Shown here: positions 13,692 through 26,093 of the stretch, in pieces
Numbering within the stretch: the first letter of the stretch is position 1
Layout: the number at the start of each line of letters is the position of its first letter
Assembly (NCBI RefSeq): GCF_001194135.2
Contig: NC_068982.1
Span: 126,831,911-126,895,910, forward strand
Origin: Octopus bimaculoides
Lineage: Eukaryota
Reading direction: 5' to 3'
DNA: 64,000 nucleotides
Translations under genes and position numbers: made by a program
Notes under the pieces: model-generated
Database searches by the model: none
Told to the model about the DNA's origin: nothing
The model's input: only the letters and a program-made list of their open reading frames with translations

Positions 13692-13800
13692 CTATGAACT
13701 TCATTGGCTTATAGCAGTTTCTGCTATAGGATACAAGCACTCGACTATGAGTGCATTGCATCCTATAGAAGTAACAGCTGTAAGCCAATGAAGTTCATAG
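13692..13800. repeat. 109-nt hairpin with about 41-bp arms
   Basis: ctatgaacttcattggcttatagcag...ctataggat pairs with atcctatag...cagctgtaagccaatgaagttcatag; inner gcactc/gagtgc stem. Confidence 0.9.
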
Positions 13801-15348
13801 CATAAGTGTTTACCTTCTGTCATTCTAATTTATTACCACTCTGTACTTGACTGATGCTTCGTTCTGCAGCATATGTATACTGAACTCTAACACCAGGTTA
13901 TTAGTATTGTTATGCTTAAGTGAAATATTGAAATTATAAAGCAAACACAAATGGCGTAACATTTAAATGACGTCTTTGTTTACTTTTTATACATACACTC
14001 CACGAAGGACCAACCCCGGAATTGGACCTATGGTTTAAATTGGATTTGGTACTTGTATATCCACAGTATCTTACCAACACTTGATGTCTCCAGCATTGCT
14101 AACCTCACTGCGAGCTGTGTTACACCAAGCCATTTCTGGTGTCCTGCAAGTTTTGCTTTGATTCTAATGAATCTTTGTACCCCCCCACCCACCACCACAC
14201 ACACACACTTTTATAAGGGAAGTGTCAGTGACTTTGAGATCACATAAAAACAAACATCATCATCATCATCTTCATTTAACATCCAGGTTCCATGCTGACA
14301 TGGATTGGATGGTTTGACTGGGACCCAATAAATCAAGGACTGCATTGTACTCCATTGTCTGTTTCTTCATGGTTTCTGCGGTTGGATGCTCTTCCAAATG
14401 CCATCCACTTTACAGTGTGTACATGGTGCTTTTTTCTTGTACCGCTGGTATTATTGAGATCACCATATAGCTTGCTAGTCCACAAACTCAGGGAGGAAGG
14501 ATGTTGCCTCTGTATGTTAGATGTAGGTTAAGATATGAGGGAAGAATTGGGAGTAGGTTCTTGTTGTAGAAGAGCTACATGCCTACTCACATACATAACA
14601 TGAAAAAAATGCATTGTAAATATATTAACAGCACTTACATAATTTATAATTACTCCACCTTAATTATATTAAATGAAAAAAGTGGGAAGAGTCAACTAGT
14701 ACAATGCCACCTGTTTACAAATAAGCTGACTATTAAGTAAATGCTACTGTTATGTACTCTTATATAGCTTTGAGCAAAAGCCATAATATTGATGCATATC
14801 TAAGCGGGTTTCCATAAGTAAACAGATGAAAGTTACATACAGAAACCACATATGTATGTTTGCTTTTGCTATTGGGAGTCTTAGAGCAAACACAGAATGT
14901 GTTTTCATAACCTGCTCTCTGATATTTTCTGAGCACTTTTAAAGCTTTTGCTTGTCAGAAACTGTTCTTGACACTGAATAACAAGTATGAACAGGTCCAG
15001 AACTATATTTACTGAACATTTTCTGTTATTTTTGAAATATCTATTTATTCTGTATAGTTTGGAAGGTAATTAAACACCAGTTTCATCATGAAATAAAAGT
15101 ATTAGCTTATCTAAGTGTAAATGTGTAGATACATATCAGAATCCTTTTTTTTTTTTTTTAATAAAAGCAAGTGCATACACGCACGCACGCACACACGCAC
15201 ACACGCACACACACACACACACACGTGCTTGAGCGCACGCTTTTATCTACATCATGGGCTTTAGTCTATCAGAACAGTTTAAGTATAGGTATGAGTGGTT
15301 ATATCTCTGGATAAAATGTGTCACATGATTTTCTTTCCCTATTTTATG

Positions 15349-15730
15349 GTGGAGGCACAATGGCCCAGTGATTAGGGCAGTGGACTCACAGTCATAGGAT
15401 CGCTGTTTCGATTCCCAGACTGGGCATTGTGTTTATTGAGCAAAAACACCTAAAGCTCCATGAGGTTCTGGCAGGGGGTGGTAGCAGACCCTGCTGTATT
15501 CTTTCACCACAGCTTTCTCTCACTCTTTCTTCTTGTTTCTGTTGTCCCTGTATTTCGAAGGGCCAGCCTTGTCACACACTGTGTCATGCTAAATCTCCTC
15601 GAGAACTACATTAAGGGTTCACATGTCTGTGGAGTGCTCAACCACTTGCACGTTAATTTCACAAGCAGGCTGTTCCATTGATCGGATTGACTGGAACCCT
15701 CATCGTTGTAACCGATGGAGTGCCACGATT
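15349..15730 (+). mobile_element. tRNA-derived SINE, family D
   Basis: A box tggcccagtga, B box gtttcgattcc, body attgagcaaaaacacctaaagctcca; matches 56716. Confidence 0.85.
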
Positions 15731-16397
15731 TTGATTATGAGAAAAGGAATAGACTCAAAATACATATGATAGCTGTTCACAAATTATTAAGGTATTGACA
15801 TTACGCAATCAAAAAGGTAATGTTGATTGAGAACAATTAAGATGAAGCTCATGTACAGAAAGATAGTTTGGGAAAGTATGTAAATTCCTCTCTTCCTCTT
15901 TCTTTCCTTCTTTTCGTTTGACCTCTCTCTTTTAACATACACATCTCTTCTCCCCTCTCTATCCACTTAATACTATCTCTGCATTCTCAAATTTTCATTC
16001 ATACCACAAGACCCTTTTGAATGGACAGCACATGGAATCTGCATCTCCACACTCTCCATTTGTGATGACAAAGTATGAACTTGTATTGGAATTTGCATAC
16101 CATGGACAGGAAGCATTTCTGAAATTTCTACACACCACTTTCTTTAGATAGTGGAACTGCAACTGTATTATCTTTGTACATTTTTATTTTTATTTCTGCA
16201 TTCATCCTCTTATTTCCCCATATATTCCTTATTTGCTTCCTTTTCCAAAGCGGCTCCTCATTTTGAGCTCTGTTTCCCTCTATTTAGCCATCTCACATCG
16301 TGTCTGATGAGGGGATGCCCCTAGTGTCCCAGAAGCAGCTGTGGGACTGGCTTTCTCTTTATAAATGACCTTGGCTTTGTTGTATCATTTTATTCGA

Positions 16398-16433
<36 letters not shown>

Positions 16434-17179
16434 CACGCATATATATACATATATATATATATATNNNNNNNNNNNNNNNNNNNNNNNNNNNNNNNNNNNN
16501 NNNNNNNNNNNNNNNNNNNNNNNNNNNNNNNNNNNNNNNNNNNNNNNNNNNNNNNNNNNNNNNNNNNNNNNNNNNNNNNNNNNNNNNNNCTCTGCCTGAC
16601 TGATACCACGCTGGTGGCATGTACAAAAGCACCATTCAAGTATGGTCAGTGCCAGTACCGCCTGACTGGCCCTTGTGCTGGTGACATGTAAAAAGCACTC
16701 ATTACACTCTCAGAGTGGTTGGCATTAGGAAGGACATCCAGCTGTAGAAACTTTGCCAGATCAGATTGAAGCCTAGTGCAGCCTTCTGGCTTGCCAGCCC
16801 TCAGTCAAACCATCCAACCCATGCCAGCATAGAAAGCAGACGTTAAACGATGAAGATGATTTCTTATTTATTTACCTAGTATTTTATATCTTGTTTTAGA
16901 TAGTGCCACATAGCTCTTTAAATCTTACAATCTAAGTATTTTTATTTGATCTATCTATATGATAAAACGGTTGTTAACAAAGGGGTGACTAGATAACAAC
17001 TCGTATCTTTTAATGTATTTTTTTCAAAGTGGTTTATAAGTTCCTATTGTAAATTTTTCTGAACCCCTGTTATATTTAAAAGATATTTTGGATGTTTCTT
17101 TTCGAATTAGACCTGTGGAATAATTATATTTCTAGTCTGTGTAGATGATTTTCATAAGCGCTGGCTTAAATTGTTTATC

Positions 17180-17380
17180 AAAGGATTTTTATAATTTGGT
17201 GTATTGTCTTCTCCATTCAACTACTGATGGGTTTGTAGGGGTACTATTATGACAGATTGCATACCAGTTTTCTTTTGTGGTTGTACCAGAGCTCAGGTCT
17301 CCTTTAACAATTTATCCGGCTATTCCTTGATGTTATCTATCCATTTCCTTTCCTTTTCATGATTCCACGAAGACTGTTTT
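17180..17380 (-). mobile_element. RTE LINE 3' end remnant
   Basis: RKWIDNIKE...ENW-like C-terminal motif. Confidence 0.5.
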
Positions 17381-19594
17381 TTTCAAGGCCTGTTAGGCGT
17401 TAGGAAGGGCATCCAGCTGTAGAAACTCTGCCAAATTAGACTGGCGCCTGGTGTTGCCATCCGGTTTCACCAGTCCTCAGTCAAATCGTCCAACCCATGC
17501 TAGCATGGAAAGCGGACGTTAAACGATGATGATGATGATGATGATGATAGATCTAGTTACAATTCAAAGTGGTAGGTTAATAGATCTGTAAGAATGATCT
17601 GGATGTCTTGTAGTAGTTGTTCAAGCCCTTTGCATTCTAAGTTCAAATCCTGTCATGGCCTATATGAGTGACAATCTTAATCTGTTAGTTTAAGACCATC
17701 ACCTGACACTTCAGGTGCCATTAGAGGAGTCTTATACCATCTCAATTTCTTCGTTGTTGTGAGAAGATCTCCAAAGGAGTCAATGTAATGTTGCATGGTT
17801 TCACAAACCTGCTCATTATGATGCTGTTGAAGAAATGCCTGAGATGTATCTTCCTCTGAATCTCCACTGTAAGTGTCCATACTTTGCATGTATACAAGAG
17901 GATAATTTGGTAACGAGTCCTAAATCAAAGAAAGGGTTCTCTTACATACAGAACACCTGAAACCTTATTAGCAGTTCAGTGAGGCTATTTTTTGGTATGG
18001 ACGGATATCAGTTGATATCAGTGATGTGTATTCATTTGTTTTATCTGCCTAACTTCCTGCTTTTTGAAGCTTGAGTATTCCACAGAAACTTGTACACTTA
18101 GTGTATGTTTCTTTTTTTTATTCTCCCTTCCTCTCTTGTCATCCATTTTCTTTTCTTTCTATGTTGGTTTCTTGTTAAGTTAAAGTGTAAGTATAATTTC
18201 TTTTATCTGAACTTCCATTCCATCAATTCTTTTACCACATTGTTTGGTGTTTAAGGCCTTATTCATGAAAAGGTGTTGTGATAGTAACCTGGGCAGATTT
18301 CAGTGTTTTTTTTTATTTCCTTCTCTTTTCCCTATTTGTGTGTGCATTCTTTTTCTCTTCATTCTAATTCCATTTTGTTATTTCTCTTACTGGACAGTTT
18401 AACACCCACTCAACATAGAGTAGAATTATATACTATACAATGAAATCAATGTTAGTTATGGCTTTCTGGTACTTTAATAATTGGCAGTGTCAACCACTGT
18501 TTCTTTGTCTTAACTATATGATATATAATGTTTAATTGAATACTTCCCATTACATTCCAATCTACAGGCTGAAAACATATCTAATAAAGTACCTATTACA
18601 GTTAAAAATAAAAGCATATTTAAAGTTATAAAGATGCTATTAGTCCCTTTTATATATTTTACTCCTAATATCTTACATCTATTTTATACAATAGTTGCAT
18701 TGTGTTTTGATATTGTAAATGGCTGAGTTTATGGAGCACTAGTTAAAATATCAATAATTTGTATCTTTATACTATGGCACCACAGCATTGTGCCGGTGGC
18801 CAACAGTCGACCTAATTAAGAAGGTAATGCAGGTAAGAACTTGCAGTACTGTGGAAGTGACAAATGTTTCATTAGCTTGCAGCACTTAGTTTTATTGGCG
18901 TTATAAGCTAAGTTATACATGAAATACCAATATCCTCGCTCTCTCTCATGAGAGAGATATTTGTCTTTTAGTAGTGTGGTGACACCAGTTTGTATTTTAC
19001 TGTCAAGGTTGATAAAAAGGAATCCAACAGACAGAATTCTCTCTGCCTATTTATTGATTTATTAAATAAGTTTTATCAGCTTAAAGCAATCAAGATTATT
19101 TTAGCAGCCTTGCTTACCAATATGTCTATTATCTTTCAAACAGCATCGGTACATAGAATAATACTGAAACAAAATTCTCTTTTTCTGGAACAGTTGAAAG
19201 AACTTATTTGACTTGTCTTTTTATCTATGTGGTAAAGAGGGAAGGTAGTGCCCATGACCCTTCACAGGGACTCTGAGATTTATGAGAGGGAGGGAGCCTA
19301 TTCAGTAAAAGATCAAGAGGAAGACCTCCTCACTTCGTACATCAGCCAACTGGTACAAGACAGTGGGATAATATTGGAAACTCTCCCTGCTACTATATGC
19401 ATTTTGTAGATCACATGTAGGAGTGTCTGAGTTTACCTGCAGAAGGAAGAATTAAATACACAGTAAATATTTCAATTGGCTTGAGTGCTTTTTCTGAGAT
19501 ACAAAAACTGTTTAAAAAAGTGTAAAAAAGAAAATTTTTTAAAAGCCTGTTCTGTATTTCATTTATAAATTGTTTTTGTAGTCTTGAAATTTTG

Positions 19595-19633
<39 letters not shown>

Positions 19634-21295
19634 TAATATGTTCTCTGTAAAGTTTTAAATTTTAAATGTAACAAAATGGTTTTTGTCTTGTAATATTTTT
19701 TTTATGTACCTTTGATATCATAGTAGCAGATATGATAGTTTTGTTATTTACTGATTATGTTGCTCGAATTTCATTCATTAAAATTGTATTATCTACTCTA
19801 GTGTAAAAGAAAAAAAAGAAAAGAAAAGAAAAAAGTGATAAATTGGGTTAAAATGTCACAAACATAATCACCTTATATTCTTAGATGACCAGTGATCATT
19901 TACTCAATGACTAAAAAATCGGTTAAAAACTATGAATGGAATTGGCCTTTGATCACTTGATAAGAATACTTGAATTTTTTTTTTTTTTAATCATTCTATT
20001 TTCTTGAATAATCAGCTGATCTAATCTGAGGAACACGCCATAATAAAAGTTATCTGATCAGATTTGTAGGCGGAAGTCACACTTTCTTTTTTCTTGTTTT
20101 GTTTTGTTAAAAACTGTTTGTAGGTTCCTTAACAGTATCTTTGAAAGTTGGTACTTAACTAATAGATATGGAGCCTCAAACTCGAATCTGACATTCGGCT
20201 ATCAGTATTGTTAGACTAATCCAGAAATGGATATTCTATCTGTCACAGCTGCTGCTTGCAAGCAAGTAGGACTTAGAAGCATGTAACATGTGCCATGCTT
20301 TTGTTAATTGTTTTAAATGCCTGTGTAGTTGCAAGCAGATATAGACACCCTTTTGTCCCTCCCCTCAATGACCCAGTAGACCATTGGGGATGTAACTGCT
20401 GGAGGGAGAGAAAGAGCTGCAGCACCGCTTAGCTAGAGCTCATTTCAGTTAAATAGACTGGAACAATATGGAGTGAAGTGCTCTGCTCAAGGATACGATG
20501 TGCTGCCCAGTATAGGAATTGAACCGATAGCTTCATGGTCAGGAGCCTAACAGTCTGTCCACTAGACCACTCAACTTCATTCCTATATAAATAATAGGCT
20601 AATATTGATATCATCAGAATTTATAATCTTTCCAGAGAATGTGAAATAATTTCCTCTTTGGTACTGGATCCTTGATGCACATATAAAGTCTTGAATAATA
20701 ACACATAAATACTGGGTTTAAATGGCTTTTTCAATAGCAAAAGTCAAAGATTTCCCATGGTACCCACATCTTCTGTGGATATGACAGCTTTTGACTATTT
20801 TTTTACTTAAAATGGTTTTTCAGCTCAATAATTTGCATGTTGTTATTCATAAGCTTTATATGTGTGTCAAGATCCAGTTCCAAAAAAGAATAGGTGAGGG
20901 CTTGTTTTAATTGTAGTTTCATCTCTTTATTTCAGTGTTAATGAGTAACTCTTCACCATGTGTTACAAACACATTTTTGACTTTCTATTTGTCATTGAAA
21001 TTAGAATCAACACTTAGAGAATATGGGGCAGGGAAGGAAAATCAGCCATATGTATTGCTTTATGCTTTTTAAAGTAGGGGAGTTGATTTATTAGTTTTAG
21101 GCCATTCAGCTTTAAAATAAACTAATAGTTAAATAGGAAGTGGATGTTCTGTTGCAAAATTACTTGTGCTTTCCCAATCTCATGGTTCTGAGTTCAGTCT
21201 CTCTGTGTGGAACCTTGGGCAAGTGCCTTCTACTTGTCCCATGAGTGAGGCCTTGTGAGTGGATTTGGAAAGAAGTCTTTGTGTGTGTGTGTGTA

Positions 21296-21514
21296 CAAGG
21301 GGGTGCTGAAAAGTTCCTGGCTTTGGGTAAAAGAAAATACAGGAGGATCAGTTAATTATGATTTTATCCAACATATTCCCCTCTCAGATTCACACACTTA
21401 TTGTAGTGGCTCTTCAGTTTTTCTAAGCCCTGTAAAAGAACTTGGAAGGTTGGGCCCCAAACCAGGCTTTTCACAATACCCTTAAAGCCAGGAACTTTTC
21501 AGCACCCCCTCATG
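21296..21514. mobile_element. Mariner-type MITE (about 220 bp)
   Basis: About 28-bp TIR gggggtgctgaaaagttcctggcttt at both ends, TA on both sides, no coding capacity. Confidence 0.88.
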
Positions 21515-21700
21515 TATATATATTTAGCAGAAGCAACAGAGTGACTCAAGGGCCAAGAATTTTGTGTGCAGGTACAATGCACAAAACTCTCAGATCTTGC
21601 ATCACTCTGTTGCTTCTGCTAAATATTAATAAAATATACATGTACTTATATTTTGCTGTATTTTTCTTGTTTGCATCACCATACCTATTATATACATTCT

Positions 21701-21919
21701 TTTTTACTCTTTTACTTGCTTCAGTCATTTGACTGTGGCCATGCTGGAGCACCGCCTTTAGTCGAACAAATCGACCCCAGGACTTATTCTTTGGAAGCCT
21801 AGTACTTATTCTATCGGTCTCTGTTGCCGAACCGCTAGGTTACGGGGACGTAAACACTCCACCATCAGTTGTCAAGTGATATTGGGAGGACAAACACACA
21901 AACATATACACAAACATAC

Positions 21920-21955
<36 letters not shown>

Positions 21956-22125
21956 GTATGTACATATATACGACGGGCTTCTTTCAGTTTCCATCTACCA
22001 AATCCACTCACGAGGCTTTGGTCGGCCCGAGGCTATAGTAGAAGACACTTACCCAAGGTGCCACACAGTGGGAATGAACCCAGAACCATGTGGTTGGTAA
22101 GCAAGCTACTTACCACCCAACCACT
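21701..22125 (-). mobile_element. tRNA-derived SINE, family A, with internal (TA)n
   Basis: Reverse complement of head gtggtaagtagcttgct...gggttcattcccactg, body gtggatttggtagatggaaactgaaagaagcccgtc, and tail gactgaagcaagtaaaagagt. Confidence 0.88.
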
Positions 22126-22150
22126 CAAGGCAGGACAAATATCTCAAATC

Positions 22151-22669
22151 ATAATTTAGGGTTAGGTGAAATTGAAGTCTTACATTGTCTGGGATATCCC
22201 AAGTGATGGGCTAGCATGTCTGTACACTAGATATTCTGTAATCAGATAAAGTGAGTATGTATGACATTTCAAGACATGGAAATTCACAGATTATAAGGAA
22301 TAAGATAGAAGAAATGAAGAATAAGAAGTAAAAGTAGATGGGAGAATAAGGTTCACAGCTCATCTCTTTCCAGAGGGTATGGAGGTTGGTCTGTACTTCT
22401 GTGAAGGTATAGGCCCTATACCTTCATGGAAGTATGGACCAACCTACATACCCTCTAGAAAAAAATGAACTGAACTTTATTCACCTCTCTGTATTCTTCT
22501 ATCTACTTTTACCCTTTATTCTTCTATTTTGTTCCTTATCTGTGAATTTCCCTGTCTAGAACTTTCATACATACCTACCTCGTCTCTGATGATGGAATAC
22601 ATGCTAGCCTATCACATGGGATATCCCAGAAACAGCTGGAAGATTTCAAATTCACCTTACCCTAATTAT
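22151..22669. repeat. About 520-bp imperfect palindrome (fold-back)
   Basis: Arms 22151-22413 and 22415-22669 are reverse complements centred on tgaaggtatagg-c-cctataccttca. Confidence 0.92.
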
Positions 22670-23548
22670 TCTAAATGACTGAGATACTTATCTTGCCTTG
22701 GTTTCTGTTGTCCTTTTCCTTCTAATATATACCTGCTAACATGGAAGCCTAATACTGATCCCTAGCTCCAATCTTAGCTGTGAACTTGGAACCTAATGGA
22801 TGACCAATTATAGCACTTACTCAACATACCTATTCATTTAGATACACATTGTATATATATATATATATGTATATATATATGTATATATATANNNNNNNNN
22901 NNNNNNNNNNNNNNNNNNNNNNNNNNNNNNNNNNNNNNNNNNNNNNNNNNNNNNNNNNNNNNNNNNNNNNNNNNNNNNNNNNNNNNNNNNNTATATATAT
23001 ATATATATATATATGCTTGGCAACTGGTCTTAATCAGAATCTAATGACAAACCACTAAGTTTCAGGGGTGTAAGCAAACCAATAAGGTAGTATATGATTA
23101 CTAAGCTTATTTAAATTGGCTTAATTACTATATTATAGTATATTTGATAAATATAAATGGTAATGTCAAATATGTAGGCTTATTTGTTGAAGTTACTTTT
23201 TTTTTGAGCTGCAGGTCAAGGGAATTCAATATACAAATACCTGACAATGTTACACACGTTTTTTTATGGCTTAATTTTGCAGGCGTTTATATAACCTAAT
23301 TGGATAAAAGACATTAAATTTGTATTGAAATAAGAATGCATTGCATGTTTAAAGGTGCTAACTAGCTCAACCGTCAACAGCTACATAAAAATCGAGGCTT
23401 GGCCATCAGATCGATTGAACTAACATAGTGTAATGCTTCATCATGCTTACAATGTAACTTGTTACTTTTCCAATATCTCTGATTATTAAAGTTGCTTTCC
23501 TTGAAACAAATGCTCCTGATATTACAGAACAGGCCTATCACTTTAAAC

Positions 23549-23777
23549 GCGAGCTGGCAGAAGTGTTAGCACGCCGGGCGAAATGCTTAGCAGTATTTAG
23601 TCTGCCGTTATGTTCTGGGCTCAAATTCCGCCGAGGTCGACTTTGCCTTTTATCCTTTTGGGCGTAAATAAGATAAGTACCAGTTATGCACTGGAGTCTA
23701 TGTAATCGACTTAATCCCTTTGTCTGTCCTTGTTTGTCTCTTCTATGTTTATCCCCCTGTGGGCAATAATGAAATAA

Positions 23778-23779
<2 letters not shown>
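23549..23779 (+). mobile_element. tRNA-derived SINE, family B, near full length
   Basis: gcgagctggcagaagtgttagcacgccgggcgaaatg ... ggcaataatgaaataa; CpGs retained. Confidence 0.9.
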
Positions 23780-23814
<35 letters not shown>

Positions 23815-23819
<5 letters not shown>

Positions 23820-24210
23820 CGGCTGTGTGGTAAGAAGCTTGCTTCCCAATCACATGATTCCGGGTTCAGTCTCACTGTGTGGCACCTTGGGCAAGTGTCT
23901 TCTACTAGAGCCTCAGGCCGACCAAAACCTTGTGGTTGGATTTTGTAGATGGAAACTGAAAGAAGCCCATTGTATGTGTATGTGTGTGTGTATGTATGTA
24001 TGTATGTATCTTTGTGTTCCCCCATCACTGCTTGACAACCGGTGTTGGTGTGTTTATGTTCCCATAACTTAGCGGTTCAGCAAAAGACACCAATAGAATA
24101 AGTACTAGCTTTTAAAAAAATAAGCATTGGGATTGATTTGTTTGACTAAAATTGTTCAAGGCAGTGCCCCAGCATGGCTGCAGTTAAATGACTGAAACAT
24201 GTAAAAGAAT
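23815..24210 (+). mobile_element. SINE family A
   Basis: ggctgtgtggtaagaagcttgc ... aatgactgaaacatgtaaaagaat. Confidence 0.9.
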
Positions 24211-24479
24211 TATATATATATATATATATTTATATACATTTATATTTATATACATTTATATTTATATATATTATATTTATATATATCATATTTATATATA
24301 TTTATATATTATGCTGTGCATTTAAATCTGCTTTGTGTGAGAAGACCTGGCAAGCCAAGTGAGACCATAACCCATGGCCTATGGTCACGTGGTGTTCCAG
24401 TTTCATGAGGATTTCTTTAATTCTTGTGAGGCAATCTTCACAAACTGAAGCTACTACCCCTAGCTTCCCTCTCCGCTGT

Positions 24480-24960
24480 TGATGGTGTCTATTTTCTCCA
24501 AATCAACAAAGGCCAAGTATAGAGGTTTATTTTTTGGCTGTGTATTTCTCCTGTAGCTGTCTTACCAGAAATATAGCATTATTGGTGCTTCTCCCTGACA
24601 CAAAGCCAAACTGTATCTCATCTAGGCTAACTTTCTCCCTAATTAGTTGGGCAATGAATCTCTGTAACTTTCATCATCTGATCCAACAATTTGATACCTC
24701 TGTAATTATTTCTATCTAAGGATTCACCTTCACCTTTGTAGCAGTTGACTATTCTGCTGCCACACCAGTCACCGGGTATGACTCCTTGTGAACCACCTGA
24801 ATTACAATACAGGCGACTAAACCATATCCCACACAGTTAGATGTTTTAAGCATCTCGGCAGTGATTCCTGATGGACTGGGGTCTTTCCTTGTTTTCATAT
24901 CTCTTATCTACCAAAGTACGGATGATTCAGGTAGCTGGTCCCTCAATTGGGTCAATACAT
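24480..24960 (-). mobile_element. Degenerate RTE LINE reverse transcriptase fragment
   Basis: GITAEMLK, NNYRGIKLLDQ, QFGFVSGRST.NAIFLVRQLQEKY and YLAFVDLEK motifs. Confidence 0.9.
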
Positions 24961-25596
24961 ATATTTCACTATTTCAGACAATACCACAGAACATTCACAA
25001 TTGTAAATGAAAGGATAAAATGTAGCAAAATACCTATATCAGGAAGAAGTTGATGACTGAAATCTCTCCCCAAAAAACTGAAATAATATTTTGTTTGGAA
25101 TTTTGTTTTTTCTTGCAACTTTCTTGGAACACGAGAAGCTTTGTGATTCTTAAAAATGTTGTTTCTCAGAAATCTCCGATTTAAAAGTTACAATTCAGAC
25201 ATCTTCTATCAAAATCGTTATAGCTAATAATCAATTATGGTGAAGATGGATGGTAATATTTCCGGATTCAGTGTCAATGCATTCACCATTTCATTCATTA
25301 GCAAGTGAAACTCAACTCTATTGATTTGACACCAGTTTGAGAGATTGTATGATTACTATCACATTTTGACTTTTCAAAGCTTAAACATCTGCTTCTTAGC
25401 TGACAGCTGTATAATTTATTTGGAAGTTAGATCGGCATTTGTTACACAGTTTATTTAAACAATTCAAACTAAGTCGGTGCCTATTAAACTCTATTAGTGT
25501 CTGACTTTTAAACTTATGTTCATGATTCTTCATACATTCTTGATCATTTTTATTTTGTTGTTTTTATACAAGAACACATTTTTCATTTCATTTCAG

Positions 25597-25713
25597 GTTG
25601 GCAACCTCGATGGTTCATTTTAGAAAATGGTATTTTATCTTACTACAAATCTCAAGAAGTAGTCAATAGTGGCTGTAAAGGGTCAATAAAGATGACAGTA
25701 TGTGATGTAGTTG
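25597..25713 (+). CDS. PLEKHA8: PLEKHA8/FAPP2-like, first visible coding exon (PH domain)
   Basis: tttcag|GTTGG...GTTG|gtgagt; phase 1 to 1; (G)[38 protein letters not shown] matches the FAPP1/2 PH motif WQPRWF...YY...CKGSI. Confidence 0.95.
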
Positions 25714-26093
25714 GTGAGTTATTGCTCATATATATTTATGCATTTGTCAATGTTTTTTATGTTATAAAAAAACAATTTTACATTAAAAAGGATTACTCAG
25801 TATTTTTTTTATGGAGTACAAATTTATTTTTCTTTAACAAAAATAGTATTTACTCTGTCTTTGAAGCTTTAGCCAACTAAGTCCTCATTGGAATGTCTGA
25901 TGATGGCTCAGCTAGTCAAAAATTTGAAGTCACTGTCAATACTATTCTTGTTAAAGAAATCGTATATATATTTAATTAATTAGTAATAGGATGAATTCTT
26001 TTATAAGAATTTATCAAGTAGCTAGCATGAAAAAAACCTCATAAGGGAAAAATCCATCATTTATTCTCCAAAATATATTTATTACTACCTACT

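Noticed and set aside
15349-15430. tRNA-like A and B boxes (also 56716, 23549, 23815)
   Set aside because: No full cloverleaf; each continues into a repeated SINE body, so these are SINE heads and not tRNA genes.
18847-18870. gtactgtggaagtgacaaat would read VLWK(W)TN with one extra G, like the missing PLEKHA8 exon 1
   Set aside because: Needs a frameshift, has no upstream ATG-Glu-Gly and no donor at the right place; likely chance.
18763-19410. Strong donor cag|gtaaga at 18832 and ORF 18990-19211 as a possible small gene
   Set aside because: In-frame stops upstream, no recognisable domain, no consistent exon chain.
19598-19632. Long poly-T as tail of a processed pseudogene
   Set aside because: No adjacent coding similarity, polyadenylation signal or TSD.
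22155-22165. TTAGGGTTAGG as an interstitial telomere
   Set aside because: Under two units, and the mirror copy is imperfect; noted only as part of the palindrome.
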